DNA of 64,000 nucleotides from Nitrospirota bacterium (GCA_963733375.1 CAVTDB010000009.1:128001-192000); one strand, 5' to 3'. Counted from the stretch's first letter, positions 46,946 through 58,719 are shown. Program-made: numbers and translations. The notes: a model not told the origin generated them from the sequence alone.

Positions 46946-47055
46946 AACCGTTACTTTCTTTTCGGGAAAAGAAAGTAACACAAAGAAAAGCTGGACTTTA
47001 ACCCCCGCTTTCTTTTGTGTTACTTTTCTTTCCCGCGAAAGAAAAGTAACGGTTT
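46945..47055. repeat. Dispersed palindromic repeat, copy 2 (two inverted A modules)
   Basis: AAACCGTTACTTTCTTTTC..GAAAAGAAAGTAACACAAAG...CTTTTGTGTTACTTTTCTTTC..GAAAGAAAAGTAACGGTTT. Confidence 0.85.
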
Positions 47056-47065
47056 GCCTTTCTCT

Positions 47066-47094
47066 TTGACACCAGCCTATACATCATATAAAAT
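47066..47094 (+). promoter_or_regulatory. Sigma-70 promoter of the acetate activation operon
   Basis: TTGACA-N17-TAAAAT. Confidence 0.75.
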
Positions 47095-47130
47095 TTAATA
47101 GAAAATACAAATACATCCGCGGGGGTTATA

Positions 47131-49222
47131 TTGCTCGACAAATTCTTCAACCCCTCTTACGTGGCCGTGATAGGCGCCGCCAGAGACCCGGCAAAAGTCG
47201 GCCACAGCATCCTCAAGAACCTGAAATCGAACGGCTATGCGGGAGCGCTCTATCCGGTCAACCCCAATGCCAAAAGGATACTTGGGCTTAAGTCTTATCC
47301 CGGCGTATTGTCTATCCCCGGGCCGGTAGACTTGGCGGTAATCGCCGTCCCAAGCAGGTTCGTGGTGGACGCGGTCAAGGATTGCGGGAAAAAAGGCGTA
47401 CCCGCCGCGATAGTCATTACCGCCGGTTTCAAGGAGACGGGCGAAGAAGGACAGATTTTGGAGCAGCGCCTGTTAGAGGTCGCCGCCGCAAACAAAGTCC
47501 GCATCCTCGGCCCGAACTGCCTGGGCCTCATCAACACCGCAAACGGGGTGAACGCGTCGTTTGCCTCCCTGATGCCAAAAAAAGGGAGCATCGCTTTCTT
47601 TTCACAATCCGGCGCGCTCTGCACGGCAATACTGGACTGGTCCCTGGTGCGCGGCGTTGGTTTTTCCAAGTTCATCTCGCTCGGCAACAAATCCGACATA
47701 AGCGAGCTGGATCTACTGGAATACCTGGCGGACGACCCGCAAACGCGGGTAATACTGGGTTATATCGAAGGCATAAGCAATGGCCGCGCGTTTATGGAAA
47801 AGGCTTCGAAGGTAGTCCGGAAGAAACCGATGGTGGTGATGAAGGGGGGCGGGACAGCCGCCGGGGCAAGGGCCGCGTCGTCTCACACCGGGTCGCTTGC
47901 CGGGTCGGAGAACGCGTTCGACGCGGCGTTCAAGCAGACAGGGGTGCTGCGGGCGCACACGATAGAGGACCTTTTCAATTTCGCTCTCGCCTTCGCCGAT
48001 AACCCCATCCCCAGGGGCCCCGGCCTTTGCATCGTCACCAACGCGGGCGGACCCGGTATAATCGCGGCTGACGCCTGCGAGCACTCTGCCGCGAAGATGG
48101 CGGAGCTGTCGTCGGATACGGTTGCCGCCCTGCGCAAAAGCCTCCCGCCGACAGCCGGTTTTTATAACCCGGTGGACGTGATAGGCGACGCAAAGGCGGA
48201 CCGGTATGCGAGCGCGATGACGACAGTGCTGGACGACCCGGGCGTGGACGGATGTCTTGTCATATTGACGCCCCAGGCGATGACGGAGGTGGAGGATACG
48301 GCGAAAGCGGTCCTCGACTTGAGTGAGCGCAAGACGAAACCGGTCCTGACCTGCTTCATGGGCGGAAACAGCATAAAAAAAGGGGTAGCGTTACTGCAGG
48401 CCGGCGGGCTTCCGACATATCCGTACCCGGAAGACGGGATAAGGGCTTTCGATGCGCTCGTGAGATACCGGGAGGCGAGAGAAAGGCCCGAGCCGAGGCT
48501 CACGCATTTTGACGTGGACAAAGAAAGGGTGCGCGGGGTAATATCCGGTGCGCGTGAGGCCCGCAAAAGAGAACTGGGCGAGAAGGACGCGCGGGAGATA
48601 ATATCCGCCTACGGCTTCCGTATTCCAAGGAACGTGCTGGCCAGGACATCCGCCGAAGCCGTGAAGGCCGCGGCCGATATCGGCTTCCCGGTCGTGATGA
48701 AGATCGCGTCCCCGGATATCCTGCACAAGACGGATATCGGCGGGGTGCGGATAGGCCTTCGGAACCGCGCGCGAGGTGGAGGCGGCTTTCCTGGAGATAA
48801 CCTCCAACGCCCACAGGTTACTGCCCGCGGCGATGGTATGGGGCTGCATGGTGCAGGAGATGGTGACGGGCGGGAAAGAGGTTATCCTGGGGATGACGCT
48901 CGACCACCAGTTCGGCCCGATGATAATGTTCGGCATGGGCGGGATATACGTGGAGGCGCTTGGGGACGTATCGTTTCGGATCGCGCCCGTCGGTGTGGAA
49001 GAGGCCTCGTCCATGATGGAGGAGACGCGTTCTTTCAGGCTTCTTAAAGGTCTTCGCGGCGAGAAACCGTCGGACTTGAACGCGACAAGGGATTATATTT
49101 TGAGGCTTTCCCAGCTCGTGACCGATTTCCCGGAAATAGTGGAGATGGATATTAACCCCCTCCTGGTGCTGCCGGAGGGCGAAGGCGCAGTCGCCATCGA
49201 CGCGAGGGTCGTGCTAAGCTAA
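47131..49222 (+). CDS. ADP-forming acetate/acyl-CoA ligase, fused alpha/beta (frameshift near 48770)
   Basis: VAVIGA, GPNCLG, SQSGA, AASSHTGSLAG, NAGGPG, NPVDVIGDA, HKTDIGGV, EMDINPL. Confidence 0.9.
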
Positions 49223-49232
49223 GCCGGTAAAA

Positions 49233-49344
49233 AAACCGTTACTTTTCTTTCAGGTGAAAGAAAAGTAACACAAAAGAAAGCCGGGACGGTAAAAGCCAGT
49301 TTAAAAGTTTTTGGCGTTACCTTTTTACAAAAAAGGTAACGGTT
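49233..49344. repeat. Dispersed palindromic repeat, copy 3
   Basis: Same A+B module order as 4712-4816. Confidence 0.85.
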
Positions 49345-49357
49345 CTGGAGGGGAAAA

Positions 49358-50445
49358 ATGGTCCCGCTATATGTAGGTTCCACTACGAGCTACTCCGGCA
49401 AAAGCCTCGTCTCTTTGGGCCTTGCGCTGAAGATGCAGGAAGACGGGCTGAAGGTAATGTACATGAAGCCTTACGGGAGGGTGCCGACAGTCGAGGGCGG
49501 CGTCCTGACGGACGGCGACGTGCTGTTCATGAAAAAAAGGCTGAACCTGCCGGGGCCGGTGGAGAGGCTCTGTCCCGTGGTATATTCGCGCGACCTGATG
49601 GCGGGGTCCCTTCATGGGCGCGACAAGGACCTTCTGAAGAAATTCATGGCCGCATATAAAGCAGTCTCCAAAGGCGCGGACGTCGTAATCCTGGGCGGGG
49701 CGCGGGATATCTTCGACGGCCAATCGATTGGCATATCCGGTGTCCGCATAATAAAGGAGACGGGCGCCAAGGCGGTCATGGTGGACCCGTTCACCGGAGA
49801 GGTATGCATCGACTGCCTGCTGTCCCTGAAGGACCTCCTGGGGGACAGCCTCATAGGCGCCGTGATAAACCGCGTCCCCCGGAAGGCATGGACTACATAA
49901 AAGAGACCGCCGGGCCATACCTTAAAAAGAAAGGCATCCCCCTGCTGGGAATACTCCCCGTCGACCTGGTCCTGAACTCGATAACCGTGCGCCAGGTGAT
50001 CGAATCCATAGGCGGGACGCTCCTGTGCTGCGAGGATAGACTGGACGAACTGGTCGAGAACCTGTCCATCGGCGCGATGGACGTGGAGAACGCGCTAAAA
50101 TATTTCAGGCGTACCCACAACAAGGCCGTCATAACCGGAGGCCACCGCGCCGACATCCAACTCGCGGCGCTGGAGACCTCGACGAAATGCCTTATCCTGA
50201 CAGGAGACCTTCTGCCAAACGCCCTTATCATCGCGAAGGCGAAGCTGTCCGGCGTCCCGGTAATATCCGTAAAGGGCGATACGCTCTCGACCGTCAATCG
50301 GCTGGAGTCGGTGCTGGGCAAGGTGCGGATACGCGAAGAAGAAAAGGTCGGACGGGCGATGGAACTCATGCAAAAGCACTTCGATTTCGATATGCTCTAC
50401 GAGAAGATGGGCATAAAGAAACCCTTAGGCAAAAGAGGCGCCTGA
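49358..50445 (+). CDS. Phosphotransacetylase N-terminal-like (BioD-like + DRTGG) protein (frameshift)
   Basis: YSGKS..GL, YMKP, IGAM, VITGGHRADIQLAALE, LILTG. Confidence 0.85.
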
Positions 50446-52401
50446 TGACGGATTCCCTGACAAACAGTTTCCCCCCACGGAAGGAATTCTCCGACAATGC
50501 CCGCATAAAGAGCATGGAGGAGTACGAGCGGCTTTACAAAAGGTCCATCGAAGACCCCGACGGCTTCTGGGCCGGGATGGCGGAAGAAAACCTGGCGTGG
50601 GAGCGGAAATGGGAAAAGGTTCTGTGAGTACGACTTTAATAAGCCGGAGGTGAAGTGGTTCAGCGGCGGGAAGCTGAACGCCTCGTATAACTGCCTGGAC
50701 AGGTTCGCCAATACAGCCTTACGGAACAAGGCGGCGCTGATATGGGAATCCGACGGCGGCAACTATAAGACGTACACCTACCAGCAGCTCTTGCTGGAGG
50801 TAAAAAAATTCGCCAACGTGCTGAAGAAGAAGGGCATAAAAAAAGGCGACAGGGTCACCATATACCTCCCGATGGTCCCGGAGCTTGTAATATCGATGCT
50901 CGCATGCGCGCGCATCGGCGCCATACACAGCGTGGTATTCGGCGGCTTCAGCGCGGACTCTCTCAGGAACAGGATACAGGACTGCGAGTCGTCTCTGCTT
51001 GTTACGGCCGACTATGGCGTCAGGGGGGGAAAGCATATCCCGCTCAAGGCCAACGCGGTCGAGGCGCTGCATGGGTGCCCGTCCGTGAAGGCGGTGATAA
51101 CGGTCCGGAGGGTCGGGTCGGAGACCGTGGACATGGAGCCGGGGATAGACTCGTGGTGGCACGAGGAGATGGCCGCGCCGGACATATCCAAAGACTGCGA
51201 GCCTGAGTGGATGGACGCCTGCGACCCTCTGTTCATACTCTACACCTCGGGCTCTACCGGCAAGCCCAAGGGTGTGCTGCATGCGACCGGCGGATATCTG
51301 CTCTATGCAAATCTGACGTTCAAATGGGTATTCGATTACCATGAGGACGACCTGCATTTCTGCACGGCGGATATCGGCTGGGTCACGGGACACAGCTACA
51401 TCGTATACGGCCCTCTCTCAAACGGCGCGACCACGCTCATGTTCGAAGGCGTGCCGACATATCCAGACCCCGGACGGTTCTGGGACATAGTGGACAAGTT
51501 CGGGGTGAGCATATTCTACACCGCCCCGACCGCCATAAGGGCGCTGATGCGTGAAGGCGATAAATGGGTGACGGGCCACGACCTGTCCTCCTTAAGGGTC
51601 CTGGGGACGGTGGGTGAACCCATAAACCCGGGCGCGTGGCTATGGTATCACGACAAGATCGGAAAGGGCAGGCTCCCATTAGTGGATACATGGTGGCAGA
51701 CAGAGACGGGAGGCATATTGATTACCCCCCTGCCCGGCGCCATGACGCTTAAACCCGGCTCCGCATGCAGGCCGTTTCCGGGAGTTTTGCCCAGGGTGCT
51801 CCGGGAAGACGGCTCCGACGCGGCGGAGGGCGAGGCGGGCTACCTGGTCATCGATAAACCGTGGCCCGGTTTTATGAGCGGCATGTACGGAGACCCCAAA
51901 GGCAAACGCTTTAAGGAAGTATATTTCAGCCGTTTCCCGGGCAGGTACTTTACCGGCGACGGCGCGAAGGTAGACGATGACGGCGACTATTGGCTGCTGG
52001 GAAGGATAGACGACGTCCTGAACGTTTCCGGCCACAGGCTGGGGACGGCGGAGCTGGAAAACGCGCTCGTTTCGCATGAGGGCGTCGCGGAGGCGGCGGT
52101 CGTCGGTTTCCCGCACGACATAAAGGGAGAAGGCATATACGCATACGTGACCGTCCAGTCCGGGTATACGCCGTCGGACGGGCTGAGGGAAGAGCTGGTG
52201 GCCCATGTGCGAAAGAAGATAGGTCCTATAGCAAGACCCGACAAGCTGCAGTTCGTTTCGGGCCTCCCGAAGACCCGAAGCGGTAAGATCATGAGGAGGA
52301 TACTGAGAAAAATCGCCCAGGGCGACGTCGAAAACATTGGCGATACTTCCACGCTCGCCGATCCGTCGGTGGTGGATTCCATTATAAAGGACAGGCTGTA
52401 A
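50445..52401 (+). CDS. acs: AMP-forming acetyl-CoA synthetase (frameshift near 50625)
   Basis: [52 protein letters not shown]. Confidence 0.96.
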
Positions 52402-53015
52402 TGCAGCAGGAAAAATACAATATCGAGTCCGGGGAAGAGAAGGCCTGGCGGGAGCTGAAGGCGGCGGACCCGAGCCAGGTGGAGAAAAACAGCGGGGCCC
52501 AATACGACGCCTCAAGAGATGCTTATAGATTAGAAATACTCGGCGGGATTTACGAGGCGTCCGTCGGCGAAAAAAAGATAACCTGCATATCCGACCCTGG
52601 CCGAAAACCCGAATATTTCATAAACCTGGCGACGCCGGTATATCTCGTGCAGGCGAAGCCCGTCGGGCCGTCGGGCGAACTGGTGAAGGAGTTAAAAGGC
52701 GGGGACTTCTTCTTCCGGGGGTCGCATACTCTGCCGCTTGGCCCCATAGCCGAAAAATACGGAAACGATAAAGAGTCATTTATAAAATCGGCGGCCTCGG
52801 TCGGAGGGACGCCTATCGGCATGGGCGACGCCGGTTTTGCCTTCAGGGCCTATCCGAGGATAGGCATGGCGTTCGTGCTATGGCTCGCGGACGATGAGTT
52901 CGAGGCCAGGGCGAGCCTGCTTTTCGATTCCCTCGCCGACCGCCACATGGCGCTTGACGCCGTATGGGCGGTGGCGCTTGTGGCCTGTCAGAGGGTATTG
53001 TCTTTCACTTCCTGA
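52401..53015 (+). CDS. DUF3786-like protein
   Basis: ELKGGDFFFRGSH.LP, LWLADDEFEARASLLFD. Confidence 0.75.
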   Translation: MQQEKYNIESGEEKAWRELKAADPSQVEKNSGAQYDASRDAYRLEILGGIYEASVGEKKITCISDPGRKPEYFINLATPVYLVQAKPVGPSGELVKELKGGDFFFRGSHTLPLGPIAEKYGNDKESFIKSAASVGGTPIGMGDAGFAFRAYPRIGMAFVLWLADDEFEARASLLFDSLADRHMALDAVWAVALVACQRVLSFTS

Positions 53016-53379
53016 CGTATTCGTTCACGAGCTTTAGAAGCTCCGCCGTCTGTATGGGCTTTGAGAGATAGGCGTTCGCGCCCAGCGCAAGACCCTTCCT
53101 CCTGTCTTCGTCCGCACCTTCCGTCGTGATTATGATTATCGGAATTTCCTTGTGCTGGTCGTTCCCCCGGATAAGGGAGACGAGCTTCAGGCCGTCCATG
53201 ATCGGCATGTTTATGTCCGTCAGCACCAGGTCGAACTTCTGCGCGGAGAGCTTCTTGAGGGCGTCTATGCCGTCCGTCGCCTCGACAATCTTCGACCCGT
53301 GCACCCTCTTAAGGGCAAATGAAATGAGCTGCCTCATCGTGGGTGAATCTTCGACTACCAGGAAATTTATTTCAGCCAT
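53005..53379 (-). CDS. cheY: CheY-like single-domain response regulator
   Basis: LVVEDS, TDINMP.MDG, ITTEG, YLSKP. Confidence 0.88.
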   Translation of the reverse strand: MAEINFLVVEDSPTMRQLISFALKRVHGSKIVEATDGIDALKKLSAQKFDLVLTDINMPIMDGLKLVSLIRGNDQHKEIPIIIITTEGADEDRRKGLALGANAYLSKPIQTAELLKLVNEYVRK

Positions 53380-53405
53380 CTACTTTATTCCTCCTTGAAG
53401 AAGGG

Positions 53406-54248
53406 TTATTCCCCCTCTGGTTTGCCTTTTATAAGGTCCAGGAAACTCTGGATGGTAACGAGCTTTCTCTCCGACTCCGAGTACAGCCTGGAAGAGAAAA
53501 CCGCCGTGGCCGCGTGTCCAGCTAACATCGAGAAGAGCTCGTAGTCCACGTCCGTGAACTCCTTCTTCTGCACGAGCAGCGTATATATTACTATCACGCC
53601 GATTACATGCTCTTTTATCTTCAATGGTATGCATACCATGGGGACGGAAAGGTCCAGGTTTTCGGCGGGCGCATCGGTCGCGTAGTAGCTTTCGCCCTCG
53701 CTTGCGACCTGGCCGATTATCCCCTCGCCCATGGATACCTGCGGCATGTCTTCGACCGCTATGCCCTCCGCGGCGATCGCGGATAAGTCCTTGGTTTTTT
53801 CGTCCAGGAGCATTAAGGCGAATTTTTCCGCGCCCACCAGGTTCATGATGATCTCCAGCACCGTCTTTACCACCTCGGAAAAATCCAGGGTGGAATGGAG
53901 CTGGTAGCTCGCGACGTAGAGGTTAGCCAGGTTGTTATTCTCCTGCTCCACCTCGAGGTACTTCTCGGCGAAACTCTTGTTCTCCAGTTCCACCTCCCGG
54001 TACCGCTCCATCAGATGCCTGTTCTCCTCCACCAGGGAGGCGACCTGCTCTTCGAGCGTCTTTACCTTGACGGGGTCCGTACTCCTGGCGCGCCTGAAAT
54101 CTTCCTCCAGCTGGACCAGCCTGAAACGGAGCTTCTCGTTTTCCTGGAGGACTTCCTGCGTAAACGCCTCGCCCTTCCTGAAGATCTGGAGGAATTCCTC
54201 CGTCCTCGACCTCAAGTCCTTATGTCCTTCTCTGCCGTCCTTTTCCAA
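53406..54248 (-). CDS. Coiled-coil + GAF-domain chemosensory accessory protein
   Basis: EQENNNLANLYVASYQLHSTLDF, GEGIIG, CIPLK. Confidence 0.85.
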   Translation of the reverse strand: MEKDGREGHKDLRSRTEEFLQIFRKGEAFTQEVLQENEKLRFRLVQLEEDFRRARSTDPVKVKTLEEQVASLVEENRHLMERYREVELENKSFAEKYLEVEQENNNLANLYVASYQLHSTLDFSEVVKTVLEIIMNLVGAEKFALMLLDEKTKDLSAIAAEGIAVEDMPQVSMGEGIIGQVASEGESYYATDAPAENLDLSVPMVCIPLKIKEHVIGVIVIYTLLVQKKEFTDVDYELFSMLAGHAATAVFSSRLYSESERKLVTIQSFLDLIKGKPEGE

Positions 54249-54276
54249 GACTACCTCCCTCGTTGGCGGCGCTTTT

Positions 54277-55323
54277 TTAAACGCATATCCTTAAAATTTC
54301 GGCGGCTATCTTGTCCAAGGGCATGGACTTTTCTACCGCCCCCGCTTCCACGGCCTCTTTCGGCATGCCGTATATCACCGCCGTCTCCTGCGATTCCGCG
54401 ATTGTCCTGCCGCCCAGCCCTCTGATCAGCGACATGCCTTCCCGGCCGTCGTTGCCCATCCCGGTCAGGATCACCCCCATCGTCCTCTTCCCGAAATTCA
54501 ACGCGGCGGAGCGCATCATCGCGTCCACCGAAGGCGTAAATTTATCTTGAGCCACCGCCTCTTTAAGCGTGGCCGCCACCCCGCCTTCAGTCCTTTTAAA
54601 GGACATGTGATAGCCGCCCGGGGCGATAAGAGCGGTCCCCGGAAGAAGCGGGTCGCCCTCACGGGCCTCCTTCACGGAAATTGCGCACAGCTTATCCAGC
54701 CTCTCCGCGAAGAACCTGGTAAATACCGGCGGCATATGCTGGCTTACCGCGATTGCCGACGGAAATTCTTTCGGCAGGTTGGCCAGTATCGCCTGTACCG
54801 CCGGGGGCCCGCCGGTGGATGCCCCTATCGCCACCAGGTCCATGCCCTGTCCGGCCGGCGCCTGCCTCTCTTTCGGAGCGCTCGGAGGCACGGTCTGCCT
54901 GAGCAGCTCCATGGACCTGCTGACCCTCGATATCTCGACGCCTGCGAAAAACCTCGCCTTCTCGATAAGGTCCGGTCCGAGTTCTTCCAGGTTCTCCGGC
55001 GAGACGGGCTTCGGCAGGAAATCCACCGCCCCGAACTCCAGGGCGGTAATGACGCTCCTGTCGTCGGCCCTCGAACTTATTACCAGCACCGGCGTCGGCA
55101 CCGCCCTCATCAGCCACCGGAGGAACGTAAAGCCGTCCATCCGCGGCATCTCGAGGTCGAGCGTAATGAGGTCGGGCCGGAGCTTCACGACCCGCTCTAT
55201 CGCTTCTTCGCCGTCCGCCGCGGCGCCTACAACCTCTATACCGTGTGCCGAACCCAGTATCCCGGTCAGGACCTTCCTGTTCTGGGGGGAGTCGTCCACC
55301 ACGAGCACTTTTATTTTCTTCAT
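54277..55323 (-). CDS. cheB: Chemotaxis methylesterase
   Basis: Receiver plus GASTGGP, QHMP, LTGMGNDG. Confidence 0.95.
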   Translation of the reverse strand: MKKIKVLVVDDSPQNRKVLTGILGSAHGIEVVGAAADGEEAIERVVKLRPDLITLDLEMPRMDGFTFLRWLMRAVPTPVLVISSRADDRSVITALEFGAVDFLPKPVSPENLEELGPDLIEKARFFAGVEISRVSRSMELLRQTVPPSAPKERQAPAGQGMDLVAIGASTGGPPAVQAILANLPKEFPSAIAVSQHMPPVFTRFFAERLDKLCAISVKEAREGDPLLPGTALIAPGGYHMSFKRTEGGVAATLKEAVAQDKFTPSVDAMMRSAALNFGKRTMGVILTGMGNDGREGMSLIRGLGGRTIAESQETAVIYGMPKEAVEAGAVEKSMPLDKIAAEILRICV

Positions 55324-56216
55324 CCGTGCCGCGTCCCCGCTTGGTTCCCTGTGGGCATCGCTTCACCGGCTGAAACCGGCTTCTGATAAACCATGTCGTT
55401 TCTTAAGTGCACCAGCCTGAATGTCGTCGTAACGTTCAAAAGCGACTCCGCGTGCCCCAGCAGAAGGTAGCCGCCGGGCGAGAGTTTATCGTAGAACATC
55501 TTTATCAGCTTCTTCTTCGACTCCGCGTCGAAATAGATCATGACGTTCCGGCAGAATATCACGTCGAACTCCCTCAGGAAGCTTAACCGGTACGGGTCGA
55601 AGAGGTTCAAGTGTGAAAACGTCACGAGCTTTTTTATTTCGTCTGAAATCCGGAAGCTCCCCGGGCTTTCCTCCTTGAAGTACTTGCGCATCATGTCTTC
55701 TTTGATGGCACGGAAAGAGCCGCGCTTGTAAACCCCTCTCCTGGCGGAAGTCAGGACCTTCTGGTTTATGTCGCTCCCTATTATCTCTACCTCTGTCTCG
55801 CCCAGACGCCCCGCCTCCGACAAGATCATGCCCACGGTATAGGGTTCCTCACCCGTCGAGCAGCCCGCGCTCCATACCCTGAGCGACTTTTTGCCTCCGG
55901 GCCGCAAAAACTCCGGGATTATCTCGTCCCTGAACGCCCTTAGCTGCGCCTCTTCCCGGAAGAAATAGGTCTCGTTCGTGGTAAGGCTGTCAACCACCTC
56001 GACAAGCTCCGCCTCTCTCCTTCTGTCGTAGGTGAGGAAGCGGTAGTAATCGAGGAAGGTGTTTAACTGATGCAGGCGGACGCGCCTCGTGAGCCTCCTT
56101 TCCAGGAGGTATTTTGAGGAATCGTCGAAATAAAGCCCGCAGTAGTCCCGGATGAAGTCCCGTAAAAGCCGGAACACGTCGTCCGGGAGTTCTATTATGT
56201 CTTCGCTAAAGATCAT
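55320..56216 (-). CDS. cheR: Chemotaxis methyltransferase
   Basis: TTNETYFFRE, WSAGCSTGEEPY, IFCRNVMIYF, LGHAE. Confidence 0.95.
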   Translation of the reverse strand: MIFSEDIIELPDDVFRLLRDFIRDYCGLYFDDSSKYLLERRLTRRVRLHQLNTFLDYYRFLTYDRRREAELVEVVDSLTTNETYFFREEAQLRAFRDEIIPEFLRPGGKKSLRVWSAGCSTGEEPYTVGMILSEAGRLGETEVEIIGSDINQKVLTSARRGVYKRGSFRAIKEDMMRKYFKEESPGSFRISDEIKKLVTFSHLNLFDPYRLSFLREFDVIFCRNVMIYFDAESKKKLIKMFYDKLSPGGYLLLGHAESLLNVTTTFRLVHLRNDMVYQKPVSAGEAMPTGNQAGTRHG

Positions 56217-58207
56217 CTGCCTACCCTGATAAGCCTCGCCGCGGCCTCTCTTACCAGCCGCTCCGGGTCGGTATCCGCCGCCTCGGCCAGAAGCTCCATA
56301 TTCCCTTCAATCCCGGCGCTTTGCAACGCTTCAAGCGCGGCCTTCCTTACACTCCAGTCCGGGTCTTTCACAAGCTTTTTTATATCGGAAAGCGTCTCGG
56401 GCTCTTTCAGGGACAGCGCGGCCGAGATGCCCGCTTTCCGTATTTCGGCGTCCTCGTCCGCCATCGCGGTCCGGATATATTCCCCGGCCTCCGGTTTGCC
56501 CGTCCTGCCTAAGCCCTCAATGGCCTCCATCCTGACAGGCCCGTAAGAATCGTGCAGGATGGTCAACAAGGCGTCGAATACCCCAGGGTCGTCCTCATAT
56601 GACAGCGCGCGGGCGGCCTGGGCGCGCACCCAGGGGTCCTCGTCCTTCAAAAGCAGAAGCATCGGCGCCGCCGCATCCGGCACATTTTTTCCCGAGAGCG
56701 CGTTCACCGCCGAAAGCCGCACTCTCGCGTCTTCGTCCACGATGCATTTCAGCACTGCTTTAAGAGATGCGCCAACGCCCGCCATCGCAATGGAATCCAC
56801 CGCCGCGGTGCGGACAACGGGGTCCTCGTCTTTTAAAAGCCCCTCTAAGACGGCCGCGTTCCCTTTTCCTAAAAGGCCGGATAAAAACGCTATATTTCTC
56901 CTGAAGGAAGGGTCCGGGTCCTGGGCCAGAGCCTTTAAATCCAGCTCTTCCCGGACGCCCGGCAAGATCGCTATGGCCTTGACCGCCACTTCCTGGACAT
57001 CCTGATATTCATCGCGCAGAAGCTCCAGCATGGAGGCCGCCGATTTTTCGACCTGAAGCCTGCCTAAGGCAAAAGCCGCGGCCGAACGGGTATGGCCGTC
57101 CTCGTCCTTTAAGAGCGGCAGCAGGAAATTGGCCGCCCTGGCGTCGCCCGCCTCGCCCAAAAGCTCCGCGCAAGCGCGTCTCACCGCCGTGTCCTGGTTA
57201 TTGAGCAAAAAGAGCAGGGGCTCTACCCCATCCTTTGATATTTCGAGAAGCGCCGCATAAGCGTCTTTCCGGAGGTCGTCATAATATAAAAGCTTTGAGA
57301 GAGCGCCAACCGCGGACCTCTCCCTCATCCATCCCATCAGGCGGGCCGCCGATTTACTCAGCTCCGGCTCATGCGATTCGATAAATCCCTTTATGGATTC
57401 CACGTCCTCCGGCTTCAGTATCCCTTTCAGCTTCCGGGCGAGCGACCCCGGATCAGGCGAAGACGACATGATTTTCGCCGCGCCCTTTACGGCAATCTCC
57501 CTTATGACCGGGACCTCGTCCGTCAGGGCTTCCTCGAACACCGGCCAGGCCGAAGTGTCTCCCAGCGTGTAAAGCGCGTCAAGCGCGGCCTCGCGCAGGA
57601 AACTGTCCTTCGAAGCCTCGATAAGCGGCAGGGCGGCCCCGGAATCCCCCAGTTCACCCAGCGCGGCGGCGGCGTTGAAAGCAAGCCACTGGTCATCCGA
57701 CTTAAGGAACTGGACGAGCGCCGGCAGCGCGGACTTCGCCTTCATCTTCCCAAGATGCTCCATAGCGGAGGACCGGACGTTCATGTCGCTGTCGCCAAGC
57801 GCCTTTATAAGGGCTCCCGCGCAGGATAAGTCGCCTATCTCTCCTATAATGTCCACTATGAACTTCCTGACGTCCTGGTCCGGCTCGTCCAGCCGGGAAG
57901 AAAGCGCTTTCGCGGCCGGGGGCCCCATCCTTATCAGCCCTTCCGCCGCCGAGTTCCGCGCGCCCGCGTTGTCCTCGGAAAAAAGCGCCCGGTACAGCCC
58001 CTCAAAGACCTTCTCGCCGCCAAAAGAGACGAGGGCGTCAAGAGCCGTCTTCCGTACGCGCCAGTCCGGGTCGAAGACGGACTTCAAAAGGGCCGGTACG
58101 TATTCGTCGGAAAGCTTTTCGGAAAGCTCCGCCGCGGCGAGACGCCGGGTCTCCGGGTCCTCCGACTCAAGTCTTTTTAATATCTCCATAGTTCGACCGT
58201 CACTCAT
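56213..58207 (-). CDS. HEAT-repeat chemosensory accessory protein
   Basis: Many D.D..VR..A..AL repeats; located between cheW and cheR. Confidence 0.88.
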   Translation of the reverse strand: MSDGRTMEILKRLESEDPETRRLAAAELSEKLSDEYVPALLKSVFDPDWRVRKTALDALVSFGGEKVFEGLYRALFSEDNAGARNSAAEGLIRMGPPAAKALSSRLDEPDQDVRKFIVDIIGEIGDLSCAGALIKALGDSDMNVRSSAMEHLGKMKAKSALPALVQFLKSDDQWLAFNAAAALGELGDSGAALPLIEASKDSFLREAALDALYTLGDTSAWPVFEEALTDEVPVIREIAVKGAAKIMSSSPDPGSLARKLKGILKPEDVESIKGFIESHEPELSKSAARLMGWMRERSAVGALSKLLYYDDLRKDAYAALLEISKDGVEPLLFLLNNQDTAVRRACAELLGEAGDARAANFLLPLLKDEDGHTRSAAAFALGRLQVEKSAASMLELLRDEYQDVQEVAVKAIAILPGVREELDLKALAQDPDPSFRRNIAFLSGLLGKGNAAVLEGLLKDEDPVVRTAAVDSIAMAGVGASLKAVLKCIVDEDARVRLSAVNALSGKNVPDAAAPMLLLLKDEDPWVRAQAARALSYEDDPGVFDALLTILHDSYGPVRMEAIEGLGRTGKPEAGEYIRTAMADEDAEIRKAGISAALSLKEPETLSDIKKLVKDPDWSVRKAALEALQSAGIEGNMELLAEAADTDPERLVREAAARLIRVGR

Positions 58208-58210
58208 AGA

Positions 58211-58718
58211 TTATTCTTCCGGTCCGGGTTCCACGCGGGCAGAGTCCAGTTCGGCCAGTTCCCGGCGGTTAAGGAGTTTTTCGGGGTCCAGCACCATTAT
58301 AAGCCTGTCCCCCGCCTTCCCGACGCCTTGCAGGAACTGCGCCTCCGGCCCCTTCACGACCTCGGGCGCCTCCTCTATCTCGCCCAGGTCCATATATATT
58401 ATTTCCTTGACCTCATCCACAACGGCGCCCAGCATCTTCCCTTCCACGAGCAGGATAAGGACCTTATCCCTGGACACGCCATCAGACGCGGAGCTTACGC
58501 CCAGCCTTTTGCGGACATCGATTATGGGGACCACGCTGCCGCGCAGGTTTATGATGCCCTCGATGAACTCCGGGGCCTTCGGCAACGCTGGTCAGCTTCT
58601 GGGGCCTGATGATCTCCATGATCTTCATGATGTCCACGCCGTACTCGCCCGTTCCTGCGCGAAATACCGCGAGCTGCACCCGCCCCTTTTCTTTTTTGAC
58701 GGCAACGTCAGTCTGCAT
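58211..58718 (-). CDS. cheW: CheW coupling protein (frameshift)
   Basis: EYGVDIMKIMEII, PKAPEFIEGIINLRG.VVPIID. Confidence 0.92.
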
Positions 58719-58719
58719 C

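Noticed and set aside
50620-50632. TGA early in acs as selenocysteine or readthrough
   Set aside because: The downstream homology continues in a different frame, so it is a one-base insertion
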